Numbered from the stretch's first letter, positions 1-7,936 are shown. The stretch: 15,679 nt of DNA from Thecamonas trahens ATCC 50062 (GCF_000142905.1 NW_013657608.1:1-15679); one strand, 5' to 3'. Notes: a model not told the origin generated them from the sequence alone. A program made the numbers and translations.

Positions 1-100
1 CCCCCCACCTCCCCCACTCCCCCGACTCCCCCCACTCCCCACTCCCCATCCCCCCTCCCCCCCCCCTCCCCCCCGCTTCGCCACGATCCACCCGTCTCCC
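1..100 (+). promoter_or_regulatory. C-rich low-complexity tract with degenerate CCCC(C)ACT units upstream of gene 1; putative promoter/5'UTR with i-motif/G4 potential
   Basis: Positions 1-75 are almost entirely C runs separated by A/CT. The tract ends just before gccATG at 104. Similar sense-strand C-tracts precede genes 2 and 3. The regulatory role is inferred. Confidence 0.45.
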
Positions 101-103
101 GCC

Positions 104-1198
104 ATGTCCACCTCCCCCTCCCCATCCCCATCGTCGTCGTCATCCTCCGAGGAGGAGCTGACCGTTGCTGTCGATGACTCACACCGTATCTGCGCAGGTA
201 ACGACGGTGAGGCACAGCAGCGTATGGCAATTGCTCTTCACCTCGACAACGCTCCCGTTGCTGTCTTTGACTCGGCTTACGACGCGTCGGTCGAGCCGGA
301 GCGACTCCTCGCAGACGCGGTCGAGGTCTTTGTCGACGAGTCGTTCTTCATCGCCGCAGATGCCGCTCCCAGAGTCTGGCTCGAGGCCTTTGCCAAGCAT
401 GTCTTTAATGCTCACACTGCTCGCGCCGGCCTCCGCCCGGGCATCGACTACGATCCGGCCGCATCCGGCGCAGAGTGGTGGGTCCAGATCCGCCACCCGC
501 CGTCGCCAGACCGCTCCGCTTGCCGCCACGACGAGCCCGACAACTCTATCGGCTTCCACCACGACAAGGACGAGGAGCTGATTGACGCCGGCATTCCGCT
601 CAACCTCACTCCGCACCTCTCGACTGTCACCTACGTCTCGGACGCCGGCGCGCCGACCCTTGTCCTTCCCATCGCCTGCCCGCCCGACTACGGCGAGGAG
701 GACTCGGTCTACGGCGCCTACGCCAGCGGCTGGGCCGTCTATCCGCACGCTCGCCAGCACATGGTTTTTGATGGTCGCCTCCTCCACGGTGTACCGGCTG
801 ACATGGTGCCGTCGACCGCGCCGGCCTCCACCCGCTGCACCATCCTTGTCAACATCTGGCTCGACTACACCCCGACCGGCCTCCGTGCTCTGCCACAGGA
901 CGCTGTGGACGCCCTTGATTTGCTCTCGGTCGATGATGGGCCCACGCTTGCCCTTGGCGAGGCGACACCGGCAACTGACCTAGTCCTCGCCTCGGTCGCA
1001 GACCTGCAGACAAGGTCCTACACCCACGGCAACACCGGGACCGAGCACACCCTCACTCTCTCGCTCCCCGCCGAGCTCCCGCCAGAGCCCACCCCGCGCG
1101 CTCTGCACTTTGTCGGTTCCGACCTTGCTCCGTTCTGCACCTATGCCGCGACACCGGCCGATGAAGCGCGTCCATCCAAGCGCCAGCACCTGCCGTAA
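104..1198 (+). CDS. Uncharacterised 2-oxoglutarate/Fe(II)-dependent dioxygenase-like protein (364 aa)
   Basis: Long ORF with gccATG start. Motifs occur in the order expected for the 2OG-Fe(II) DSBH fold: GAEWWVQ, then GFHHDKDE (HxD at 557-565), PHLSTVTY..G.PTLV, FDGRLLHGV (distal His at 785-787) and RCTILVNIW (putative 2OG-binding Arg at 833-835). The N-terminus is Ser-rich and acidic. Confidence 0.75.
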   Translation: MSTSPSPSPSSSSSSEEELTVAVDDSHRICAGNDGEAQQRMAIALHLDNAPVAVFDSAYDASVEPERLLADAVEVFVDESFFIAADAAPRVWLEAFAKHVFNAHTARAGLRPGIDYDPAASGAEWWVQIRHPPSPDRSACRHDEPDNSIGFHHDKDEELIDAGIPLNLTPHLSTVTYVSDAGAPTLVLPIACPPDYGEEDSVYGAYASGWAVYPHARQHMVFDGRLLHGVPADMVPSTAPASTRCTILVNIWLDYTPTGLRALPQDAVDALDLLSVDDGPTLALGEATPATDLVLASVADLQTRSYTHGNTGTEHTLTLSLPAELPPEPTPRALHFVGSDLAPFCTYAATPADEARPSKRQHLP

Positions 1199-1205
1199 CG
1201 CTCGT

Positions 1206-4200
1206 TTACTCGATCTTGAACACCTGCGGTTGCATCGTCGGTGCCTCCTGGATGTCTGCCGTCACAAACACCGGCTGCTGCTGTGGCAGATCCATAGCGT
1301 ACTGCGGCCCAGCCCCACCGCCCATTACCGGCTCTGACGGCCCGCCTCCGTACATCATTTGCGGCGAGCCGGCGACTCCGCCGCCCATCATCCCGCCGCC
1401 TACCATCCCGCCACGGCCCGGCCCGGCCTGGAACCCGAGCTGCAGCTGCTGCGGCTGACCGTGTGCCATATTTCCGCCTCCAGCGCCTCCGCCGCCACCT
1501 CCGGGCATCATCCGCCCACCCGGCCCGGCTGCCATCCGCCCGCCGGGTCCGGCGCCGCTGCTCGACCCGGCGCCGCCCTTGGACGACCCGCGCACGAGGA
1601 GCTCGGCATCCGTCGAGATTTGCAGCGTCGGGTACTTGGAGATGAGCAGCTTGAGGTACTTACGCGACTTGGCGTGCGTCGGGTCGAGTCCGAGCGCTTT
1701 GCGGAGGAGCGGCCCGGCCGCGTGCACATCGTTGGTCTGCATGAGGTGCAGCGCGTACTCGGCCCATGTATCGGGCTCGTCAGCGTAGACGTGACACAGC
1801 AGGTCAAACACCTCCGCCGTCCGGTCAGACCGCAGCTTGCACAGACGCGACATCCGCACCGCGTCGATGTGGTGTGCCCGGTAGCCCGGCGAGAACCGGA
1901 TCGCCTCGCGGTAGTGGATGAGCGCGAGCGTGTACTCCTTCGACTGCTCCAGCAGCCGGCAGTAGTACTCAAAGAGCTTTGGGACCAGCGCCACAAGCCC
2001 GTGCATGACGGGCGACGACGCGCTTGGGTCGCGCTTGTGCGCCGCGATCGCCTCATGCGGGAGCGAGTAGATTGCAACCGCAAACGCGAGCCGCATGGCC
2101 TCTGCCGCCTTGCGGCTCGCCCACACGTGCTTCCCCGCAAAGTACAGCAGCAGGCTTTTGGTGCCGTCCTCGCCGCGCGCAAGTCCCGGCTCGTCGTACC
2201 CGCGCAGCGCGAGCCAAAGCACTCGGTTCGTCCGCAGCTGCAGCCGCGGCTGTTCTTTCTTGTCCTTGCTCCGCCGCGCCAGCTCAAACAGCCCGCGCCC
2301 GTACAAGATGAGCAGATCGCGCGACGCCGGCGCACTCCCGAGGTGCGTCGCCAGCGCGCTCATGTACGCCAGCACCTCCTGATAGCTCGAAAACTCGTTG
2401 GTGAACATCTCGATGACAGAGTACCCGTCCGATGTCGCCATGGACGCAATGTCCGACAGCGCCAGTGGCGCAGGTACGTCAAGACTGGCTGGCCGCGACG
2501 CAAACCGCACCACCGTGTCCTTCGACAGCGAGATGGAGAGGTACCGGATGATCCGCGTCAGCATCAGCGGTCGGTAAACAAATGCGCCAAGCGCAGGCCC
2601 CACCGTCGTGTGCATCCACATCTGCGCGCTCGCCGCCGCCCGCGGCTCGGCTTCCAGCACGTGCGTCATCGTCTCGGCAACATCGTCCACAATCTGCGCG
2701 AAAAGCGCCACGGCGCTGCTCCGCGTCCCGATCGTGCCGTTGACAAGCTGCACATACACCGACGCGAGCTGCGACCGCGACGCCTCCTCTCGGTGCTCGG
2801 GCAGCCCATTGTCTGGCGTGGCAAGCGCGACCTCCACCGCCGCGCTCACCACCGCCGCCACACGCGCCGCGAGTGCATCCGTCAGTAGCAGCCGCTTGAG
2901 CACCGGATGGCTCACCAGTGACGCCATCGCACAAGTGTGCTCGTGGGGGACAGAGACCGGGTCACGGAACACATACTCAAACTGCATCTCCAGCAGCGCT
3001 GCCTCCGGATCCTTGGTCAGGTTGAGCGGGGCGTGTGTGTACAGTTCGTCAAGCTCCGCCGCCGCCGCTGTCATCACGGGAAGCGACGCCTTTGGCAGCG
3101 ACGCCAGCGCGCGCGAGGCCGCCGACTCGCGCGCCCGCTCCAGCATGCCCGCCACATCCAACTCGACAGATCCAACGGCGTTGGCCTTTCCGACCGGCTC
3201 CGCAGGCAGCCCGTTGCCGCACGCTGCCGTGAGCAGCTGCGCACAATCGTCATCGCCCGTCAGGTGAGCTGGGTAGTAGCCCGCCACGCTGTCGGCAGTT
3301 GCAGCCTCGGCACCGGCGTCGAGTAGCGCTCGCACAATGCTGGCATTGCCGACGAGCGCAGCAGAGTGCAGCACCCCCCGTCCGCAGTTGTCAACGGCAT
3401 TGACGTCAGCCCCCGCGTCGATGAACGCCTGTACAAGCGACGCGTTGCCGGCAGCCACTGCCAGGTGGAGCGGCGTCCGCTCAAACGCGTCGCGGGAGTC
3501 GAGCACCGACCGCAGGCTCGAGAGCAGCGCCGACGCGACCTTGAGTCGCGCCGACGGCGAGACGGCAAGAAAATGCAGGACAGAGTACCTAAAGTGCCGC
3601 TTGTGGGCCGAGCCATCAAACGACGAGGCTAGACTCGCAAAGTTGACCGTCCCGGCATCGACTGCGTGATGGAGCGCGTACTTGCCCGGCCGGTACTCTC
3701 CGCTCCAATCTGTCGGCAGGTGCTCGGCTGGATCAAAGAACAGCGTCGCCTTGAGCTGCTCAAACTCAGCAAGCGACGCCGACTCGGTGTTGACCGACGT
3801 GATGGCGTTGACCCAGTCCTTGACCTCGCGCTTCGACTCGGATGCGAGGTAGTACGTCCGCTTGGGCGTGATGACCCGAAAGTGATACCGCTTGTCCTTG
3901 CCTGCTTCGTCGTCACGCTCCACCGGCGACGGCATCGGGATGGAGCCCAACACTTCGGTCGAGCCCGAGCCCTCGTAGTACGAAATGACCTTTGACCGAA
4001 GGACAAACCACCGCCGCTTCCACGACTTGCGCCCCAGCAGCGACGTCCCGCCGCCACGCTTGACGAGCCAACCCGAGTGCAGCGCCGCGCCGCGCTGCAG
4101 CAGCAGATTCATCGACTCGGTCTGCGCGAGGTCTGCCGCCGACGCCCCGGACGCGTCCACCGCGTCGACCTCAGAGTGGACGGCAAGCAGCGCCTCCACT

Positions 4201-7200
4201 ACGTTGTGGTGTCCGCAGACAACTCCCAGGAGCAGTGGCGGCGTGCCGTGGAGCGAGACCAGGTCGAGCTGGGCCCCGAGCATTGAAAGGAATTTGAGCG
4301 CCTCGGGCAGGCCGAGAACGGCAGAGTAGTGAAGGAGGCCGACGCCGGTATTGGGATCCAGGGCATTGACGTCGAGCGAGTGCAACATGATCGTCTCCGC
4401 CATCTCCCGCGGGTTGAGATCCAGCAGCGCGTTTCGCGCCCGCGCGTAGTAGTACGCCAATGGCGGCGGCTTGGGCGTCGTCCGCACCCGCGGCCGGGAC
4501 TGCGCGCTTCGGACCGCAGGCATCAGCGACGGCACAAGTAGGTCGAGTGCTGTCGCGCCCCAGGCCGATGCCGCGCTTCCGGTCGCCTTGTAGTCGAGGA
4601 GCACATCGACCAGGTCGAGGTTGCGGGTAAGGATGGCGTGGTGCATCGGCTGGAGCGAGAACCGGTCGCGGGCGTCAGCGTCGGCTCCGGCCTGCAGCAG
4701 TGCCCGAGCCTGCTCGGTCCGGCCCCAAGCTGCCGCCACGTGCAGCGGAGTAGCGCCGAGTGCGTCGGCTGCGTGCGGGTCGGCACCGCCCGCCAGCAGC
4801 ACTTGGGTCAGCGCCGGGTCAGGCCGGATGACCGAGGCGTGTAGCGGGTGTACCCGCGACGCCGCCACCAGCGCAATGTACCACGCCTCGATGAGCGATG
4901 CACCGTCGGCCGAGATAATTGCATCACCGTGCGGGTGCCGAATGTGGACCGACGACGACGAGGTGAGCGGCGGCTGTTCGGCGCCTCCGTCGGCTGCCGA
5001 CGGCTCGGCCGCCGCTCCGGATGCCGCTGCCGCCGCCATCGACGGCGCCGACGAGTCGTCGAGGAGCGAGACAGTTGACATGCCACGCCGCGACGACGCC
5101 GTCGATGATGCCATCTCTAGCGAGGTCGCCGGCATCCCGAGCGGGACAACAAGGAGTGGCGAGTCGGGCGCTGCTTCGTACTTTTTGGCCGAGGCGTAGA
5201 GCATCAGCCGCGACGGCCGCAGCACGCCGTAGCGCCGCTGCCACGACACAGACTTGGTCATTTTGCCGCGGGTTAGCCACGCGAGCTGGCCCCGCAGCAG
5301 GATGGGCGCGTCCGAAAGCGCGTTCGAGACAAAGGCCTTGCACGGCGTGCTCGCCACATCAAACACCGTTTCCTTCTTCTTGGTCAACGCATACGGAGAG
5401 GCACCAAGTGCAAGAAGCAACTCGGTGACGTGGGTGAGCGAGTTGCGCGCTGCAAGATGCAGCGGCGTGAGTCCGGCACTATCGTCGGCCGCGATCTTCG
5501 ACCCGCTCTCGAGCAGCAGCCGCGCAATGAGCAGCCGCTTGGCCTCGTCCGGCAGGCTCACCGCTGGAAGGTCACCGGCCGGCGGGACGTCTACGACCTC
5601 GGGCGCAGTGTACTCGGTGTCGAGCACGTAGTGCAGCGGCAGCCGCCGCGCCTCGTCGGTAATGTTGGGTTCGGCGCCGGACGAGAGGAGCGTGAGCACA
5701 ATGCGGACGTGCCCGGACGCCGCCGCCATGTGGAGCGCAGTCTGCCCGGCCCGCCGGGTGGCTTTCGATTGGGTAGCCAGCCCGCTCGCGCCCGCGCCCG
5801 TCATTAATGCCACGAGCTCGTGCGAGCCGGTGAGGACCGCGTAGTGCAGCGGTGTGAGGCCGCGCTTGTCCAGCGCCGTCGCCGCTGGCATGAGCACTGA
5901 CGGTGAGAGTGATGAGAGTGACGAGAGCGAGTCGGCGGTGGTGCCGAGGCTTCCGCCGCCGGACTCGCCGGCCGACGACCGCGGCGAGCTACTCGACGAG
6001 TCGGCCGCCACCACAAGCGGCGCGCCTTTGGCCTCGGCCGCCGCGATGAGCGCCGTGAGCATGAGCTTGGCAACCTCGGTCGCTCCCGAGCGGATGGCGA
6101 GGTGGAGAGCGGACGAGCCGGACTTGTCGGTGTGGAACGGGTTGGCACCGGCGGCGACAAGGGCGACCACAACGGTGCCGACATCAGCTGCTTTGGTCGG
6201 CTCGGTGGCCCAGATGCCGCGGCGGGCGGCGGCCCGCGCAATGGCCGCCTTAGCCTCGGCCTCGTCGTCGTCCTCGTCGCCGTCGTCATCGCCGTCGACC
6301 GAGTGGCCCGAAATGAGGACCAGCAACGGTGTCGCCTTGGACTTGTTCGTCGCGTTGGGGTCGCATCCGGCGGCGAGCAGCGCCGAGATGAGGTCGACCG
6401 AGAGCTCTGGCGAGGCGCAGGCCGAGAAGAGCGGCGATGACTTGGCCTTGTTGAGCGTCGTCGCCATGCTCGGATACTTTTCGATGAGGTAGAGCGCCAC
6501 GTCTGCGAGTCGGAGGCCGCTGGAGGCCGCGATGTGCAGCGGCGTCTCGCCAGCCTTGGTCCGCGTCCGCGGAATCGGGTCGTCCGGCATGTCGTTGTGG
6601 ATGAGGGTGAGGACGTCAAGCGCGTCCTGCGCCGGAAGCTCCAACGCCGAGAGCACAACCGACTCGTCGATGTTCTGGATGGGGAGGGCGGCGAGGATGA
6701 TGCGGTACATGGCGGGCAGGCCTGCTGAGACTGCCACCGCCAGCGGGGCCAGCTTGTCGCCGCGCTTCTGCGTCGGATCCGCTCCATAGTCCAGCAGCAG
6801 TCGCACCAGCCCAAGGTGGCCACCCTCGATGGCCAGTGTCAGCGGTGTCTGCCCGTCGGCGTTGACGGCAGCAGTGTCTGCGCGGGCGCGGAGAAAGAGC
6901 TCGGCCACCTCGGCGTAGCCCGAGGCAGCGGCCGAGTGTAGCGGCGTGTTCTTGCCAGGCCCGCGGACATCGACGTCAATGCAACGCTCGTCAAACATGA
7001 TCTTGAGGATCTTGGCGCCGTTAAAGGTCGACGACACGTCGTGGAGGACCGAGAGGCTTCCCGGCGGCGCCTCGATGCTCGCCTCGGCGTCAAGGAGCAC
7101 CTTGACGAGGTCCGAGGCACCAGCGCGGACCGCCATTTGCAGCGGCGTCAACGCAGCATCATCGTCGGTCTTGGCATTGACATCCGCGCCGCCGGCGATG

Positions 7201-7364
7201 AGTGCCTGGACCACGCCTGCGTCCTTGAGCGAGACTGCCGTGTGGAGGACGGTGAGGCCGCTGCGAGCCAAGCCGAGCGAAGCCGCCTCGTTGGGGTTGC
7301 CCACAAGCTCCCGCACACGCTCGACGTCGCCCGCATTGACCGCCGCCACAAGCGTCGACGACAT
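1206..7364 (-). CDS. Large protein with ankyrin repeats, two PH domains, a CLU-central-like helical region, TPR repeats and a Gly/Met/Gln-rich tail (~2052 aa)
   Basis: Many ankyrin consensus motifs (GLTVLHTAV, TPLQMAV, NTPLHSAA, GQTPLTLA, GETPLHIAA, GLTPLHYAV, GQTALHMAA, GLTPLHLAA, GATPLHVAA, RTPLHLAV). PH1 at ~4860-5300 and PH2 at ~3790-4085. TPR-like LALIHYREAIRFSP and LLRKALGLDPTHA. Start placed at ATG 7364 (MSSTLVAAV) because the 55 upstream codons are translated repeat and C-tract sequence. Confidence 0.88.
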   Translation of the reverse strand: MSSTLVAAVNAGDVERVRELVGNPNEAASLGLARSGLTVLHTAVSLKDAGVVQALIAGGADVNAKTDDDAALTPLQMAVRAGASDLVKVLLDAEASIEAPPGSLSVLHDVSSTFNGAKILKIMFDERCIDVDVRGPGKNTPLHSAAASGYAEVAELFLRARADTAAVNADGQTPLTLAIEGGHLGLVRLLLDYGADPTQKRGDKLAPLAVAVSAGLPAMYRIILAALPIQNIDESVVLSALELPAQDALDVLTLIHNDMPDDPIPRTRTKAGETPLHIAASSGLRLADVALYLIEKYPSMATTLNKAKSSPLFSACASPELSVDLISALLAAGCDPNATNKSKATPLLVLISGHSVDGDDDGDEDDDEAEAKAAIARAAARRGIWATEPTKAADVGTVVVALVAAGANPFHTDKSGSSALHLAIRSGATEVAKLMLTALIAAAEAKGAPLVVAADSSSSSPRSSAGESGGGSLGTTADSLSSLSSLSPSVLMPAATALDKRGLTPLHYAVLTGSHELVALMTGAGASGLATQSKATRRAGQTALHMAAASGHVRIVLTLLSSGAEPNITDEARRLPLHYVLDTEYTAPEVVDVPPAGDLPAVSLPDEAKRLLIARLLLESGSKIAADDSAGLTPLHLAARNSLTHVTELLLALGASPYALTKKKETVFDVASTPCKAFVSNALSDAPILLRGQLAWLTRGKMTKSVSWQRRYGVLRPSRLMLYASAKKYEAAPDSPLLVVPLGMPATSLEMASSTASSRRGMSTVSLLDDSSAPSMAAAAASGAAAEPSAADGGAEQPPLTSSSSVHIRHPHGDAIISADGASLIEAWYIALVAASRVHPLHASVIRPDPALTQVLLAGGADPHAADALGATPLHVAAAWGRTEQARALLQAGADADARDRFSLQPMHHAILTRNLDLVDVLLDYKATGSAASAWGATALDLLVPSLMPAVRSAQSRPRVRTTPKPPPLAYYYARARNALLDLNPREMAETIMLHSLDVNALDPNTGVGLLHYSAVLGLPEALKFLSMLGAQLDLVSLHGTPPLLLGVVCGHHNVVEALLAVHSEVDAVDASGASAADLAQTESMNLLLQRGAALHSGWLVKRGGGTSLLGRKSWKRRWFVLRSKVISYYEGSGSTEVLGSIPMPSPVERDDEAGKDKRYHFRVITPKRTYYLASESKREVKDWVNAITSVNTESASLAEFEQLKATLFFDPAEHLPTDWSGEYRPGKYALHHAVDAGTVNFASLASSFDGSAHKRHFRYSVLHFLAVSPSARLKVASALLSSLRSVLDSRDAFERTPLHLAVAAGNASLVQAFIDAGADVNAVDNCGRGVLHSAALVGNASIVRALLDAGAEAATADSVAGYYPAHLTGDDDCAQLLTAACGNGLPAEPVGKANAVGSVELDVAGMLERARESAASRALASLPKASLPVMTAAAAELDELYTHAPLNLTKDPEAALLEMQFEYVFRDPVSVPHEHTCAMASLVSHPVLKRLLLTDALAARVAAVVSAAVEVALATPDNGLPEHREEASRSQLASVYVQLVNGTIGTRSSAVALFAQIVDDVAETMTHVLEAEPRAAASAQMWMHTTVGPALGAFVYRPLMLTRIIRYLSISLSKDTVVRFASRPASLDVPAPLALSDIASMATSDGYSVIEMFTNEFSSYQEVLAYMSALATHLGSAPASRDLLILYGRGLFELARRSKDKKEQPRLQLRTNRVLWLALRGYDEPGLARGEDGTKSLLLYFAGKHVWASRKAAEAMRLAFAVAIYSLPHEAIAAHKRDPSASSPVMHGLVALVPKLFEYYCRLLEQSKEYTLALIHYREAIRFSPGYRAHHIDAVRMSRLCKLRSDRTAEVFDLLCHVYADEPDTWAEYALHLMQTNDVHAAGPLLRKALGLDPTHAKSRKYLKLLISKYPTLQISTDAELLVRGSSKGGAGSSSGAGPGGRMAAGPGGRMMPGGGGGGAGGGNMAHGQPQQLQLGFQAGPGRGGMVGGGMMGGGVAGSPQMMYGGGPSEPVMGGGAGPQYAMDLPQQQPVFVTADIQEAPTMQPQVFKIE
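3790..4085 (-). other. PH domain 2 of the ankyrin protein (myosin-X PH2-like, phosphoinositide-binding signature)
   Basis: LHSGWLVKRGGGTSLLGRKSWKRRWFVLRSKVISYY...FRVITPKRTYYLASESKREVKDWVNAI shows canonical PH beta1/beta2 strands and the C-terminal helix Trp. Confidence 0.85.
4860..5300 (-). other. PH domain 1 of the ankyrin protein, with a Ser/Ala-rich insertion
   Basis: LLRGQLAWLTRGKMTKSVSWQRRYGVLRPSRLMLYAS, then a low-complexity insert, then VHIRHPHGDAIISADGASLIEAWYIAL. Confidence 0.7.
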
Positions 7365-7369
7365 GGGCC

Positions 7370-7455
7370 CGGTGACGGGGGGGGGGTGCGGTGTGGGAGG
7401 GGGAGGGGAGAAGGGGGGGAGGGAGGAGGAGGGAGGAGGTGGTGGTGCGGTGGTC
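7370..7455 (-). promoter_or_regulatory. C-rich tract on the sense strand of gene 2 (G-runs on +), directly upstream of ATG 7364
   Basis: The + strand reads gggggggggggtgcggtgtgggagggggaggggagaaggggggagggaggaggagggagg, mirroring the C-tracts upstream of genes 1 and 3. Confidence 0.45.
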
Positions 7456-7510
7456 GGCACGTGTGCCGTGTGGTGGAGCAAGCGACACCAGTACGTCGAC
7501 ACTAACGAAT

Positions 7511-7830
7511 GGTCACCAATGATCACCAATGATCACCAATGATCACCAATGATCACCAATGGTCACCAATGGTCACCAATGGTCACCAATGATCACCAAT
7601 GATCACCAATGATCACCAATGATCACCAATGGTCACCAATGATCACCAATGATCACCAATGATCACCAATGATCACCAATGATCACCAATGATCACCAAT
7701 GGTCACCAATGGTCACCAATGATCACCAACAATCACCAATGATCACCACTGATTACCAATGATCACCAATGATCACCAATGATCACCAATGATCACCAAT
7801 GATCACCAACAATCACCACTGATCACCAAC
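7511..7830. repeat. Tandem 10-bp minisatellite, consensus GATCACCAAT, 32 units
   Basis: Counted directly: 18 units of GATCACCAAT, 7 of GGTCACCAAT and 7 other variants clustered at the right end (7721-7760 and 7801-7830). There are no indels and no unique spacers. Confidence 0.97.
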
Positions 7831-7859
7831 AACGCCAACACCAACGAACGAACACGATC

Positions 7860-7936
7860 AACTCGGCCTCCCCCCCCCCCCCGCCCCCCCTACCCCAACA
7901 CCCCAACCGCCCCCACACTCCACCACGACCACCGCC
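7860..7936 (+). promoter_or_regulatory. C-rich tract upstream of gene 3
   Basis: Long C runs at ~7869-7890 followed by C/A-rich sequence ending in ccgccATG at 7937. Confidence 0.45.

Noticed and set aside
1359-2888. 509-aa antisense ORF, plus other long overlapping ORFs (11693-12877, 14035-15453, 5804-6823, 13685-14623)
   Set aside because: Arg/Ser/Pro/Ala-rich shadow frames expected from high GC and codon bias opposite or within real genes. No recognisable domains.
7365-7529. N-terminal 55-aa extension of the 2107-aa ORF
   Set aside because: It starts at a non-ATG codon inside the tandem array and translates the C-tract into poly-Pro. Ankyrin sequence begins right after ATG 7364.
7511-7830. 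CRISPR array or telomeric repeat
   Set aside because: The units are contiguous 10-mers with no unique spacers, and no cas genes are present. The sequence lacks telomere-type G-runs and lies internally between two genes.
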